A DNA stretch of 62,750 nucleotides, counting the filler, from Trichosphaerium sp. ATCC 40318 (lineage: Eukaryota; Protista; Tubulinea): assembly GCA_038496445.1 (NCBI GenBank). It is 3 parts of 3 records of this genome, joined end to end, with 100 filler letters (N's around TTAATTAATTAA, not from the genome) between each part and the next. Parts side by side here need not be neighbours in the genome. Positions count along the whole stretch, not along the records: positions 1 to 30,632 come from JALMLS010000248.1; positions 30,733 to 58,845 come from JALMLS010000400.1; 1 more part is not named here. One strand, given 5' to 3'. Positions 21,774 through 36,095 of the stretch are shown here, one piece after another (the first letter of the stretch is position 1; each line of letters starts with the position of its first letter). The position numbers and the translations under genes are program-made. The notes under the pieces were generated by a model. That model did not search any database, had not been told where the DNA came from, and worked only from the letters and a program-made list of their open reading frames with translations.

Positions 21774-23857
21774 TAAAATTTATACTATTACTATACTGTT
21801 TCTACCTGTTGCCGCAAATATTTTGACGATTTAACATATTCATTGTTATCTTAAAGTAATTACAAATAAAAAAACTTACGATAACAATCAGTTTAAAAAC
21901 ACTTTATTATACTTCTTTTCATAATTACTTTTTTATAAAACTATTTTTCCCCAACAAAAAAAACATTACCTAGGAAAAATACAATAATAATTTACTGTTG
22001 GTATATTGCTCAAAATACTATACTTTTTATGAAAATATACATATTAATAATATGTATATTTTCATAAAAAGTATAGTATTTTGAGCAATATACCAACAGT
22101 AAATTATTGAAAAATAAAATAGAAATTACATTTTTTTCAACTCAAAAGACGCATTACCTTGTAACTTTTTGTAAAACATTTTCTATATTAGAATATCAAC
22201 ATCTTTTTCCGTATAGACCAATCTGGCACCGCTACATCTACTCACGCCCTAAATTTTTACGTAAATTATAATTTAGATGAATAAATTTACTTAATCTATA
22301 TTTAATAAATTTATTCTGTTTATTCTCCTTGCCCAAAAAACAAATTCAAATTATGCTTTGAATTTGTTTTTTTTTTACACCTTTTTTTGCAAGCCTAATA
22401 ACCCTAAAAAACTAAAATTAACCTTGAAATATCTTGACTTATAAAATTCCTAAATTATTCTTACTTTCTCATTTTATATTTAAATTTAAACTTTTGTTGT
22501 ATAATACCACACTTCTTTTAAATTAGTATACCTTCCCATCTACTAAACATATTTTGATTTTTTTCAGCGAACCTTTCTTTACAATTAGCCCTACACCAAA
22601 GCTAAATATAATAATTCTTTATAGTACAGCCTATATTATTACACCTAAGTATATAGACTTTACACCTAACCAACAGTAAAATATTTCATTAGTTTTTCAA
22701 ATCAAACTTTCTTAATCAGTAACCTAATAAAGGCAATTCTAAACGAATATCAGAAAACATATAAAAAAGCAATCAAACAAAGCAATTTCGAAATCAATTC
22801 ACAAATAAAATACCATATTTGTTATAATTTACACAATACAATCTGTTATTACACTCCTATATTATTCATAAAATTTCTAATGCTATTTACACTTTAATAT
22901 CAAAACTACTCTTATACTAAAATGTAAAATTTAACGATTTGTATAGTCATAACCATCATGAGATTAAATAAGATCAACTTACGCTTATATGAGTTGATCT
23001 TATTTTTCTCTATTTTCTTGTCAAAAAACCTAAATCTACATCCCCATAACCGTTTAAAATAAAAACTGTAAACGCAAATCTTGCTTTATTAGTTAATCAT
23101 TCTATATTAAAAATTCATTTAACTTGCTTTAGTTCGAACTATATATATAAAAATTACATCATTGTTAAATTTCCTCTAACACATCATTAACATCTAAAGT
23201 ATCCTGAACAACTGCTCCCATTTTCTAGACGCAAACTCAAAAGGCTTCAAGGTAAATGCTCTACAGGACATACTGCTATAAAATTTGTTGTTAATTCTCC
23301 GTAATTATTTTTTCTCTATACGTACTAATTCTAAAAACATGCCACGACCTAAAAAACTAAACCAAAACTACCAAATACTTCTAAGCTAAACAAAACACAC
23401 TAGCACACTGAATACACTTGTCATATATGTGCTTGTTAATTCTCAACAAAAAAACCTAATACTGACCTTTTTTTTTTTTCATGTATCTTCCTCTATCATC
23501 CCAAAAATAAAAGAAATATCTTGTAAATCACAACACCCGCCTGATCACAAATTGGACAATCCAACGGATGATTACATAGTAAATATTCCATTACATTTTC
23601 TCTAGCAATCTCTATCTTAAAGATATTTTCTTATAACTAAACCTGATACTAGAGGTACACTACATGCTATTTCTAATTAGACGTTCTAGTTGTCTCTATT
23701 AAACATAATCTGCAGTTCCCAATATTCCTAATTTTTCAAAATAACATAATCTTGGTAAATTTAAATTAATACATCTAAACCTTGGATTGCTGTTCGCCAC
23801 TCGGTACCAAAATTACTCGATTAATCGCTTTATACCTACCATTTCTGATTCTCACAT
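21774..23857 (-). CDS. nad11: mirror copy of nad11
   Basis: Reverse complement of 9174-11257. Confidence 0.86.
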
Positions 23858-23958
23858 TTTGGGGTGTTTTTTTTTACTTTTTTTTATATTTTAATTAAAC
23901 AGGGGGAAAAGAAGGGAGATAACTTTGATTTTTTTTAAAAAGATTAATTGAATATCTT

Positions 23959-25365
23959 TTAGAAATAACCAAATTTTTCTAAAAGATATTCAATTAATCT
24001 TTTTAAAAAAAATCAAAGTTTTTTAAAAAGTCAAGTAAAAAATACATAATGTCAATTAACAAATTTATCAAAATTTACAGGAGACAAACTTATTCATAAA
24101 ATAGGAAGTATAAAAAAAGTCTCCCCAAAGCTTGCAAAAGTTACTAATTTGTCAAGAACAATTAAATCTAAAAAAGAATATAAAGTTTCTATAAAAACGA
24201 ACTCTCTTTCTTTTTCAAGCATGCTTATAATTTTATCTTTTCAAATTTCATTTATACTATCTATTATAGTATATCAATCCATTCATCAAACAAGTTCATC
24301 CTTTTTAATATCTCTTCATAAATTTTCGTAATAGTTACGTAAATTCTCTTCATAATTTTTAGAAAAATTTAAAACAGCATCATGAATGTTTTCACTGTAA
24401 CTACTCTCTAAATCTGCTAATTCTTCACCTTTCTTTTTTTTTTTTATAAATTCTTTTCATTTAGGATAATCTTGCACAATACTTAAATCAACGTTATGTT
24501 TAACACAAGTATTTGTTAAATAATTAAAAAAAATATCTAGCTGATTTTCAAAATATTTAGTAGTTTGTTCAATTAAATTTTCTTTATCTATTTCCATTGC
24601 TTTTTTTTTTTCTAACATTATTTTTTTTAATTCTACTATTAAATTTACATTTTTTTCACTTATATCATAATTTTCAATTATAAATTCTACTCAGCTTAAA
24701 TTCTCAAACATAACTGACAAATTACTTTCTTCTATTATTATTCCTTCGTTTTCTAAAGTATAAGTTACAAAATTAAAAAAATCAGCATCTTGACTTTGCT
24801 CAATTTCACCTATATGATCTACTATTTTTTTTTTTATAAACTCTTTATCATTTTGCATAAATAGAATAAAATTATTTATTTCTTCTAAATTAAGCATAGA
24901 ATTAATAAAAAAATGATAATAAATAGAACACATAACTAATCATAAGATCATAGAAGCAAACGCACTATAGCTTCAAGTTAAACTATATCCTTGGCTAGCT
25001 AGTTGCGTATATAGATCTGCTACCACTGTTGGATCTATAGGTACTAAATTGTCTAACTTATCCACTATTTCTTCTCTGCTTTTTTCTTCATTAAAGAACG
25101 TTAAGGTTAAGCCTCCCCCCTCGAAGCTTAACCATTCAAAAAAATGAACCCTCCCTTTCGCTAATAAAGCATAATTATTTATCAAATCTTCTTTAAAAAA
25201 AGGATTATTATAAAATACTAATTCTTTACTAAATAAAAAATAAAATTTAAAAACACTTATAAAACACCCCGCCATGTAATGTATTGAATTCAATACAAAC
25301 CAAAGAACCAAAAATGATAGGAGCTCACTTTTTACATATTTCTTTAATATTACAAAATTAAACAT
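23959..25365 (-). CDS. mirror copy of ORF468
   Basis: Identical track ORFs at 24973-25404 and 24691-24933. Confidence 0.78.
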
Positions 25366-25456
25366 GATAATTTTTCTTCTTTTTTTATATTTTAAACTTA
25401 ACAATACCTATATAAATTACTCTATTACACTACACAAAATACACTGCATATATACT

Positions 25457-25929
25457 TTAAATATATTTATTTTTCTTCTTTTTCTTTTTCTTTTTTTTTC
25501 TTAAACGTCTTTTAGTTATTCTTTTATTTTTTATTTTACCATTTATAATTTCATCTGAAATTTTGGTTCCAAATTCTTTTGTCTTCACAATTTAAAAGAT
25601 TTTGATGTTTTACCATAGTCTTACTTCGTTGACATTTACAGGTAAACCACTTAGTAACTTTAACCTCTATTACTATAAGATCTGTATATCTTCTTATATA
25701 TTTTTTAATTCTCACATAACCTTTCACCTAAATAATAATTAGAAAAAAGATAATACTTTAAAATCATCCCTTTCCTAAAATTCCAATTGCTCAAATTTTC
25801 GCAAGGCGATATACCTAAGTTAAAACATATTCTACTACCCTTCGTCTACAAAGCCCCCTAACGCAGATAAATTTACTGAAATTGCTCCTTACTTTTTAAT
25901 ATTACACCAACTAAAATAAAATTTTTCAT
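25457..25929 (-). CDS. rps13: mirror copy of rps13
   Basis: Reverse complement of 7102-7574. Confidence 0.72.
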
Positions 25930-26720
25930 AACTTAATCATAATAAAGTAATCCTTTTTTCCTTCTCTTCACGTACTTTTCCTATTTTTAGTTCATTAAAA
26001 TTTGTGGATGCACAATCCTATTTTCCTATATATATGAACTTTTTATAAAGCAAAAAATATGCGCAAAATTATTTAGTATATAAGATATATACTAAAACAT
26101 ATTATAATTTTCTATAATAAACTTTTATATAAATTAAATCATACTAAAAAGATATAAAAAATGACCTAAAAATAAATTTATCTACGTAATTTCTTATATG
26201 TTTAAAAACACGCACTCTAAAACTAAACCTTTTAAATAAAATTTAAAATAAAAACTTTATAAGATCATAAAAACGAAAGAAAAAGACGCTAATAAAATTT
26301 AAAAAAACTAAATAATCAAAGAAGAGTAGCGTAGAGATTTTCTATCTATTTTCACTATACAAATTTTTTTAACTTCAACTATCTATGACTACAAAACCAT
26401 TTAAAAAAACCTCTTATACTTTCTAGATAAATATAACATTAAATTAATATTAGCACCAAATAATGAGTAGATACACCATCAATCCTTTTCTTACATAATT
26501 CAAAGGTATACTTGCACACTCAAAATTCCTGTATTTGGATTTAACACGAAAAAATAAAAACAGTTAAAGACTAATACACCATTTAAACTTCTAACTTTAT
26601 CCTCACCAAAATTATAATTATCTTTAAAAATAAGATCTCTCTTTTGTTAAAAAGTAATCTTCAACTAAATCTCATAGGCATCTTCATAAGAGTATACAAT
26701 ATAAAATATAAAAACTCTCC

Positions 26721-28131
26721 TATAGACATAAAATATAACATAAAATAAATAAAAATAAACACAGATAGTAAATAACGCCCAACAGAACATCAAAAATTTA
26801 AAGCAACATAAGCATCTGGATAATCACTATCCTTCTGGGCATACCCGCCATCCTAACAAATGCATTGGCAAAAAAGTCATATTTACTCCTATAAAATTTC
26901 CCAAAATTGTAATCTTCCTATAAAATCGGATATTTTTTTCCAAACATTAAAGAACTTCAATGATAAAACCCGCAAAAATTCCAAACACAGAACTAAAGAT
27001 AAAACATAATGAAAATGAGCAACACATAATATGTATCATGCAATGCTATATCTAAAACACGTTTGCTAAAATAATACCAGTTACACTCCAAAACTAAACA
27101 TTAGTACAAATCTGCAGCATAAAATAGCGGAACTCTTCATTCTACTATACAAACATTATTGTTGATAACAACCAAAAACTTTAACCCTGAAGGCATTGCT
27201 ATTATCATAGTTACTGTCATAAAATATACCTCGTATCATCATCTAAACCCGCTGTAAACATATGATGACTCATACAATAGATCCTAAAACTGCTATACAT
27301 ACCATGCATAAACCATAGAATCATGACATAAACCTCTTTATAAGTTCAACAGAAATTACTACACTAGTTATACAAAAGCTGGTAATATTAATATATAAAC
27401 TTCTGATGTCCAAAAAATCAAAAAATATGTGATATAAAACAGGATCTCCACCTCCTGTGGATCAAAAAATGTTGTATTAAAATACGATCTGTTATTAACA
27501 TAACTAAAGCTCCTCTAAAACAGGTAATGTCAATAATAATAATACCGCTGTTATATAAATGATACTGCAAACAACCAATTCTATAAGTATCCATAATCGC
27601 ATATTCATTATAGTTACCATAAAATTTATTGCACCGATATTGATGAAATTCCGGCTATATGCAACTCAAAATACAAGCATCTATGACATTCCAGGACTAG
27701 CCTTAATACAGAAAGTAATGGATATAAAGTTCATCCTGCTCTGCACCATCTCCTATAACAAAGATCACATTAATAATAATAAAGAAGGCGCAATAATCAG
27801 AAACCTAAATTATTTACTCTTGGGAATGCATCTCCGGGGCCCCTAAACTTAATGAACTATAAAATTACCTAAACCCCTATTAATAAAGGCATAACGAAAA
27901 AAAAAATCATTAATAGACATGCGCTGTTACGATTACATTATAAACTTGTTATCTTGAACCAAAATTAACGGACAGGCATTCCTAATTCTATACGTATTAT
28001 CATGATAATATAGTTCCCATACTCCTCCAAAAAAACTTGCTCATATATATAGCATCCTATATCTTTATGATTTGTTGAACATGACCACTCTTAATGTAAC
28101 ATAAATATTGATAAAAACTTAATAAATACAT
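26721..28131 (-). CDS. cox1: mirror copy of cox1
   Basis: Reverse complement of 4900-6310. Confidence 0.93.
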
Positions 28132-28200
28132 TATTTTTAATTTATAATATACTTTTTATTTATTAAAAATCTTTTTTTTCTCTACTTTTATTAAAAACTT

Positions 28201-30632
28201 AATTAATGGAATCTAGTCAAAAAACTACCTTATATATATTTTTTTTACAGTTGTAAAAAAAATATATATAACATTATTTTACAATATTTTTTTTACTACC
28301 ATATTTAATCCTGATATTGAATCATAAATATAAATTAAAATTAGCAGATTCTACTTATATGTTATCAGCAGTTCCTTTTTCGCACGTAGCTTTAACGCCA
28401 ACCGGAACGTAAAACCGATAACGCTACCACAAGCGGTGCACCCTATTACCATAACGCCTCTCTCGTACTGCATTGGGCTCTAATTTTAATTTTTATCACA
28501 GCAGATAGGGGCAAACTGTCTCACGACGTTCTAAACCAGCTCACGTACCTCTTTAAACGACGAACAGTCGTACCCTTGGGAGCCTACTCCCCCAGGATGA
28601 GATGAGCCGACATCGAGGTGCCAAACCGCTCGCAGATAAGAACTCTCAAAGGCAATAAGCTGTTATCCCTGGCGTACTTTTATCCGTTTGCGGATGCCCT
28701 ACCTGTAAGCGCATCCGGAAAACTATGACGACTTTAAATCCCTGTTAACCCTTTCAAGCTTACAGTCAGCTAAAATAAAAACCATATGCACTACGGAACT
28801 TTAACGTCCTGAATTAGCCTTTGTACACTCCGTTACCTTTTAGGGAGCTTCGCCCCAGACAAACTATCCACCATGCATTTTTAATTTCTACTAAGATTAG
28901 ATTTTTCCAACAAAAAATCAATATCCACTGACGGCTCCTTAAATGACCTAAACCATTAAATCATACCTCTTGATTATACTGTGTTTTTGCTTTCCTTAAC
29001 CCATACAAGGTTTTAGTAAAGTGCACAGGGTCTTCCGTCCCGCTGCAATTTTTTCGCATCTTCACGAAAACTTCAATTCACTAAAATAACACTTGAGACA
29101 GTAGAAGAGTCGTTACGCTTCATGCAGGACTACAATTAATAGCTAGGAATTTCGCTACCTTAAGACGTCAAGGATTACGGCCGCGTTTACTGCTGCTTAT
29201 ATTCATTGCTTTTAAACAAATCCTTTTCACGATACAGCACGGGCAGGCATCGAACCTATACTTCATATACTATTTAGCAGGGTCCTGTGTTTTAGTAAAC
29301 AGTCGCTCTTCTCTGTTCCGCTTCCCCCAAAATACTTCTTAAAAATAAATTATTTTCACTTTTAATTTATTTTAAAAAACAATATTTTAGGTACCTATCT
29401 CCCGAAGTTACTGAGTTATTTTGCGAGTTCCTTAAGCATTATTCTTCTATTACTTATTGTTCTACAACTAATTACCTGTGTCGGTTATTGGTACGTTTTT
29501 TTTTTTTATTTTTTTCTTGTAAGTTACAAAAAAATTGATATTTTACGATTACAATAACTATTTTTTGTAATTAAATTTCTATAAAATTGCTCTGAATATA
29601 ACTAATATAACCTTAGTCGGAATCTTACAAACACATTCCCTTAAGGACCGCTAACCCTTATCTGTTTAACATAGATAAGGAAACCTTAATCTTTCGTAAT
29701 AATGTTTTTACATATAAAGCTACTCATGCAACATTTATACTATTGATATTTTAACCAAACTCACGTACAGTTTTTTACATACAATACATCTGCTACCAAA
29801 TTAATTCTATAGCTTCGCAAATAATTTAGAGCCCCTTACATCATGACGCTTAAAAAACAATACGTGAGCTTTTACGCATCTTTAAAGAATGGCTGCTTCT
29901 AGCCCATCTCCGCTTTTATTACGTCTTTCCAGTTGATTATTATTTAAGGGCTTAGCTTATAGTCTGGGCTTTTTCCCTCTCGACTAGAATCTTCGCACCT
30001 AAGTCTTTCTATACTTTTTTATTTTTATAACATCTTGGTTTCACTATACCCGTAAATAACTTAGTTACTCCGGAATAATATTAGTGCCATACTCTACAAA
30101 ATCAAAATACGCTTGCTTAAACAAGTTTCGCAGAAAACCAGCTATCACCAAGTTTGATTAGCTTTCACTCCTAACCAACACTCATCGAGCCTCTTGCAAC
30201 AGACACCGGTTCAGCCAAAAACTTGGTGTTGTTAGATCACTTGGTTTCGGTCATTTATTTAGACCGTCAGATATTGATTTTTTGTTGGAAAAATCTAATC
30301 TTAGTTAAATTTAAAAATATACATGGATAGTTTGTCTGGGGCGAAGCAAAAGGTAACGGAGTCATACTTTTTTAACTCAACGTTAAAGTATAAGTTCTTT
30401 CTTTTCAACTATCCCTACGCTATCTTTTTCAACTTCCTTCACAGTACTTTTACACTATCGGTTATCAAAATTCTTACTTTAGCAGCAGGCACTGCCCTAT
30501 TGATTTTCCTACTTAAAAGAACTCAACGCATTTGTCACCACTACTAACGTTTCTACACGATGTTTTTTTTTATAGGTACTGAGATGTTTCACTTCCCTAT
30601 TTTTATTTTTTCTATTTTAAAAATTTAAAAAA
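28201..30632 (-). rRNA. rnl: mirror copy of rnl; the last ~380 nt are noisy/chimeric and truncated by the contig end
   Basis: Reverse complement of ~2395-4830. Confidence 0.88.
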
Positions 30633-30732
30633 NNNNNNNNNNNNNNNNNNNNNNNNNNNNNNNNNNNNNNNNNNNNTTAATTAATTAANNNNNNNNNNNN
30701 NNNNNNNNNNNNNNNNNNNNNNNNNNNNNNNN
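30633..30732. other. artificial contig-joining spacer
   Basis: N-run/TTAATTAATTAA/N-run totalling 100 nt, a six-frame stop linker. Confidence 0.97.
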
Positions 30733-33700
30733 CGACTTGTTATCTCTTATGTACTTGTAGAATATCTTTCAAGAAACAGATATGTTTGATGAACCAAATG
30801 GACCTCGCGATGCTACAATAACAGTATCAAACAGAAGAAATATTGACTGGGACATCTCTGATGGAATAACTCCTGTTCGTTTTGACACATTTCATTTTTT
30901 TTTCCCTTCATTTTTGTTGATTGACCTTATTTTTTGAACACAGGGTTTACTTGACGGACACGCAATTATGGTTCACGAATTAGCACGTGTTTTCGGATTT
31001 TCAAGCGATATTGGAAGGAGTGAGCGTTTTTTGTTCATTTTTTTGACTATTGAAATGTCCGCCAGCTAATTTCTTTCTAGTGACTGAGTTCATTAATTCC
31101 CCAGGTGACATACCTTTTGGAGTTCAACCTACTATACTTGATTATTTACGCTTCCCTACACCAACTACTAGTGTCTTTAGAGGACGTAGTTTGGAGCTAG
31201 GTACTAAATAATAATCAACTAAACAATCACCGTATACTAATTCATCAAAAGATGTGCCTGCCTTCTTTATAAGTCCTTTAGTAAGAATACCAACTGTAGA
31301 ATATTCTTCTGTACTCGGTCAACAGGACAGTTGGGCAGATGAGAGCCTTGGTACTGTTTTTGAAAAGCATAAAAAGACTTAACATAGCTGACTTTTAAGT
31401 TTAGGTATTATCGCTCCATTAAACGACCTTACCCCAGAATCTCGTATTGGTATTACCATAACGGATATTCTTGTCATAGATACTCTTGGATGGTTTATAA
31501 ATGGTAAGTGAATCTAACCGTTTAGGAAATAGTCTATTTTTAAATTGAAACTAACAACTAAAAAATAGCTGTTGGATTACCTTGTCCATATGTTTCATAT
31601 ACTGATAGAGACTTTGCAACTATTGGTGATGTTATTGGTGTACGTGGATATTACTTTTTCGAACAAGTACGATGTCTGTACGGTGGATTTGCAGGCCTAA
31701 TTATTGGAGATGCACGAGTAATCAGTGATTCATACGTTGTATGTTTTGACTTCATTTTTATCAATGGAAATGCCTCGTCTATCACTAGTTAACTTGATTG
31801 TTTAGGAATGTGTTGTACCTGTATTTCCTTCAAACAGAAGATTAACTGGTATGGAAATTAGTGCTAATGGTGGACAACAAAGTAACTTTTTTGGAAATAT
31901 TCAAATATCACCAGTACGACAACCAATTTCTCGCTTGTTACTCATTCATATTCATAGATATCACCAAATCCAACAGCTGCACCTCCTACGCAAGCCCCAA
32001 CAATGGCATTTACACCTCCACCGACTACAGTACCACCAACGGTTGCTCCCACGATTGCCCCTACAACACAGCGTCCGACAGTAGCACCAACACCACAGCC
32101 AACACCAGCCCCAACTAACCCTCCTACACTACCTCCAACAAGAGCACCAACAGTTGCACCAACCCCACAGCCAACACCAGCCCCAACTAACCCTCCTACG
32201 CTTCCTCCAACAAGAGCACCAACAGTTGCGCCAACACCACAGCCAACACCAGCCCCAACTAACCCTCCTACGCTTCCTCCAACAAGAGCACCAACAGTTG
32301 CACCAACACCACAACCAACACCAGCCCCAACTAACCCCCCTACACTACCTCCAACAAGAGCACCAACAGTTGCACCAACACCACAGCCAACGCCAGCCCC
32401 AACTAACCCTCCTACACTACCTCCAACAAGAGCACCAACAGTTGCGCCAACACCACAACCAACACCACAGCCAACACCAGCCCCAACTAACCCTCCTACA
32501 CTACCTCCAACAAGAGCACCAACAGTTGCGCCAACCCCACAGCCGACACCAGCCCCAACTAACGCCCCTACGCTTCCTCCAACAACAGCACCCACCACGC
32601 AAGCTCCAACACCAACTCCTACAACTCTTCCGCCTGTTGTTGTACCAACGACTGCAGCTCCAACACCAACTCCTACAACTCTTCCGCCTGTTGTTGTACC
32701 AACGACTGCACCTCCTACAGTTGAGCCAACTATGGCGCCTACAACAGAACCACCAACAGTAGCCCCAACAACGGATGCACCTACACCCGAACCAACTATG
32801 ACTCCTTCAACAGAGCCTCCAACAGCAACTCCTACAACACCGCCACCTGTTGTTGTACCAACAACTGCGTCTCCAACACCTGCTCCAACCTCACCACCAC
32901 CTGTTGAAATACCAACTACTGCACCTCCAATCCCTATACCAACGTCACTGCCAACTATGGCACCTACCACTGCGCCACCAACACCTGAACCAACCCCTCA
33001 AACTACTGCAGAGCCTACCATAGCTCCTACAACAGACTCTCCAACAGCTCAGGCCACCGGTACCAGAAACGTTTTAACCAACGTTATTCCTAATCATTTG
33101 TAGATGCGCCAACATCACAACCACCTACTGACGCTCCAGCTGATGCCCCTGTAGATGCACCTGCTGAAGCTCCATCCGACGCCCCTGTAGATGCACCGGC
33201 TGATGCACCAGCTGATGCCCCTTCGGACGCTCCAGCCGACGCACCTATAGACGCTCCAGCTGATGCCCCAGCTGATACTCCTTCTGATGCTCCTGCTGAT
33301 ACCCCTTCTGATGCTCCTTCTGATGCTCCAGCTGTTACTCCTTCTGATGCCCCTGTTGATGCACCAGCTGACGCACCTTCAGATGCTCCTTCGGATGCAC
33401 CAGCCGACACCCCTTCAGATGCACCAGCTGACCCACCTGTTGATGCTGATACTCCTTCGGACGCTCCAGCTACGTCACCTACATCTGAACCAGTAACAAC
33501 TGCACCGCCAGTATCTGTCGCTCCAGCTGCTGTAAGTGTAAACACAACCATGTCTCATTTTTATAACTCATATAAAACCATAGCTTCCTGTCTTACTTGG
33601 ATTCGGACAAGCAACAAATGAAGATGAGGAAGAAGCAACAAGAGAAGCTTTGGCTTTAGCAGAAGCAGATTGCCAAGGGTTAGAGAGTTCTTATAGCTCG

Positions 33701-33843
33701 AAACAGTTTTCTGACTTTATTCTCTTTTTAGGTGTTGTGTTGCTATTAAATTCCCTGGCCAATCATCAATAATATCATGTTCTTCTTCTAGTAAAGGAGA
33801 CTCAACAATATCAGCACATTGCTCATGCAGATGTGCATTGTAA
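30733..33843 (+). CDS. multi-exon secreted/surface protein (5'-truncated): zinc-metalloprotease-like domain, IPT/TIG-like domain, Pro/Thr mucin stalk, DAP repeats, Cys-rich C-terminus
   Basis: Exons read HELARVFGFSS, TILDYLRF, DILVIDTLGW, then GVRGYYF..VRCLYG..ECVVP, the PT-rich ORF 32003-33103, DAPADAP repeats and HCSCRCAL*; short GT-AG introns. Confidence 0.7.
32081..32597 (+). repeat. 72-nt coding tandem repeat (VAPTPQPTPAPTNPPTLPPTRAPT), about 7 copies
   Basis: Direct reading; copies differ mostly at synonymous positions. Confidence 0.92.
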
Positions 33844-34569
33844 TTTATAATTTAGAATTGAAATAAAAAAAAGTCAGACATTCACCCTTGTAATAGCTCG
33901 TTTCTAGTTGCTTGATAATTTGTTAGTCACAACCATGCGAATATTCAATGCTACAATATTGTATGGTATCAATATCAGCTTAAAATGGTGAGCACTATTT
34001 CCTTCTTGCTTTTCACGTGTACGACAAAATCTTTCTGGTTTTTTTTTGCTAGTGCAGTCAATAGTTTTCTTTTGATAAGTTTTCTCACAGAAAGAGCTCG
34101 GTTTTAGTTGCAATTCCACCGAAAAGTAGGCAGTGAGCATGGATCATACTGGAGGAAGTAAAAAACGAAGCAAACAGGCGTCTAACGCAAACACTCCGAA
34201 TAAAAGGTAAAAAATTAAATACAATGTCTAGAGATGTTCGTATCAACATTAAAGCACTAAAAACATCAACAACAAATTACGTAATTTTGCGTTAATTCTG
34301 GTTGTGACCTAGTTTGACCATAAATAGCACTCTTTTTATAACACAAGTTGCCTTAACACACTGCAAGCTATATCCTTATTGATAGTTTAAAGTGATTGTA
34401 AGGGCAGGAAGTCACGTGCTTCTTACTATTCAGAAGGCCTTTTGAAAATAGCTAAACTGAAAAAGAGCATTATTTTAGGTCAAACACAACCACTGCTGTT
34501 ATCAAGAACCTCGTTTTGAACATTTTTTGTTGTTTGACATCATTCTAAAATACTGGTAGTAATAAAACG

Positions 34570-35787
34570 ATGTTATTGGACATACCTGTTGAGATTCTAG
34601 TAGATATCTTAGCAAATACAACGAAAGCTCGATTTGCAGCTTGTCAAACATGTCATCTCTTTTATTCAATTATTCATGATATTATCGGGTATCATAGTGT
34701 ATACTTACGGACAGATGAACAAGCAAAAGAAGCTGTTAAACACAAAGGAATCATGAAACACACAAAAATCAAGTTGATGAGTGGTTATGGTAGAGGATTT
34801 CCGTCGAATGAGATTCTGGAACAATTTGTAGGAGTACATAACATTGACCTCAGTGAAACTTATTTTATCAAAGCAGAAGGTATGAAGTGGCTTGCTGGAG
34901 TGCATACAATCGACCTTACTATGTCTCATGTTGATGATCAATCTATCAAATTACTTGCTGGTGTTCACGAGATTAATCTTGAAAGTGTTGCTAGTATTAG
35001 AGATGAAGGTATTATGGCGCTTGCTGGTGTTCATACAATTGATCTTTGTTTCACACATGTAACAGATTACGGCGTATATGCCCTTGCTGGTGTTCATACT
35101 ATTAATCTGGAGGGTACACGAGTGACAGATATAGGTGTTAGCACACTTGCTGGAGTGCATGCTATTGATTTATCGGACACTCAAGTAACTGATAGAGGTG
35201 TTAGAACACTTGCTGGAGTGCATACTATTTCTTTGAGAGAAACTAAAGTAACTGGTAAAGGTATAATGTCGCTTGCTGGAGTACACACGATTGATCTTAG
35301 TAGTGTGCATGTAACAGATGAAGCTATTCAAAGTCTTGTTGGTGTACACACAATTAAGCTTATTGATTGTACACAGTATATTACCGTTGAAGCAATCAAG
35401 GCACTCAAAGAAGTTCATGAGATTCATCTTACTGACCCGAAAGATTTGTGGCTTGGAGAACTTTGTAATGTGCACTCAGTTTGTATTATTGATGGTGGTA
35501 AAAACAATACAACAGACGATGGAATCAAAACATTGACCAATGTCAAAATCCTTCATCTTGTTCATTCATCCGATACACTAACAGACTTGGGTTTTACTAC
35601 ATTGATCAACCTCAAACACCTCCTAATGTGTGGAGGCGATAATATTACTAATAATTGCTTGAAGTACCTTAAATCTCTAAAATATGTTACAAACATTTTT
35701 TCTGGAGTTACAAAAGAGGGTGTTGAGTCAATGGGTATTGAATATATTAACTATTTAACTATAACAACTAAATCCATTATAAAATAA
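34570..35787 (+). CDS. F-box and leucine-rich-repeat protein (405 aa, intronless)
   Basis: N-terminal LDIPVEILVDIL F-box motif; ~22-aa repeats LAGVHTIDLSxTxVTDxGV. Confidence 0.85.
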   Translation: MLLDIPVEILVDILANTTKARFAACQTCHLFYSIIHDIIGYHSVYLRTDEQAKEAVKHKGIMKHTKIKLMSGYGRGFPSNEILEQFVGVHNIDLSETYFIKAEGMKWLAGVHTIDLTMSHVDDQSIKLLAGVHEINLESVASIRDEGIMALAGVHTIDLCFTHVTDYGVYALAGVHTINLEGTRVTDIGVSTLAGVHAIDLSDTQVTDRGVRTLAGVHTISLRETKVTGKGIMSLAGVHTIDLSSVHVTDEAIQSLVGVHTIKLIDCTQYITVEAIKALKEVHEIHLTDPKDLWLGELCNVHSVCIIDGGKNNTTDDGIKTLTNVKILHLVHSSDTLTDLGFTTLINLKHLLMCGGDNITNNCLKYLKSLKYVTNIFSGVTKEGVESMGIEYINYLTITTKSIIK

Positions 35788-36095
35788 ACATCATCTGAAT
35801 ACAAGTTGGCTCGGGTGTTGTGTTGTTAACTTGCAATGTAGAATCGTTTTCAAGTATCATTAGTGGTACGATGGTACTCCACTTCTGCATCTTACGCTCA
35901 ATCCTAAGTATCACATTCCTGAAACAGGCCAAAGGGGCATTTAAGTGGACCACCTAACCAAAACACTTTACATCCAAGTGCAAAATCTGTTCAAATTTTT
36001 GTTCAAATATGAAGTACTTGCTAGTCACGTGTTGTCAACAAAAACAGGTTTAAACATTTGAAAACCCGCGTTACGCTAGATAAACAGAATATTCA

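Larger units (their letters stand above)
2776..30255. repeat. giant inverted repeat: arms of ~13.7 kb, mirror axis ~16516; continues noisily to ~2395/30632
   Basis: All mirrored ORF pairs and spot checks satisfy x+y=33031 (5185/27846, 11675/21356, 4890/28141, 2790/30241). Confidence 0.97.

Noticed and set aside
30255-30632. Apparent rearranged rnl segment (a + strand copy of ~4097-4203 embedded in the mirror arm)
   Set aside because: Error-rich sequence at the contig end; most likely a low-coverage or mis-polished consensus
30633-30732. Mitochondrial DNA adjacent to nuclear genes, suggesting an integration; TTAATTAATTAA as a motif
   Set aside because: Synthetic spacer repeated identically at 58846-58945, so the adjacency is artificial
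31942-33551. Gly/Val-, Gln/His-, Cys/Trp- and Ala/Gly/Ser-rich ORFs; possible CRISPR-like periodicity
   Set aside because: Alternative frames of the Pro/Thr and DAP coding repeats; the repeats are contiguous with no unique spacers
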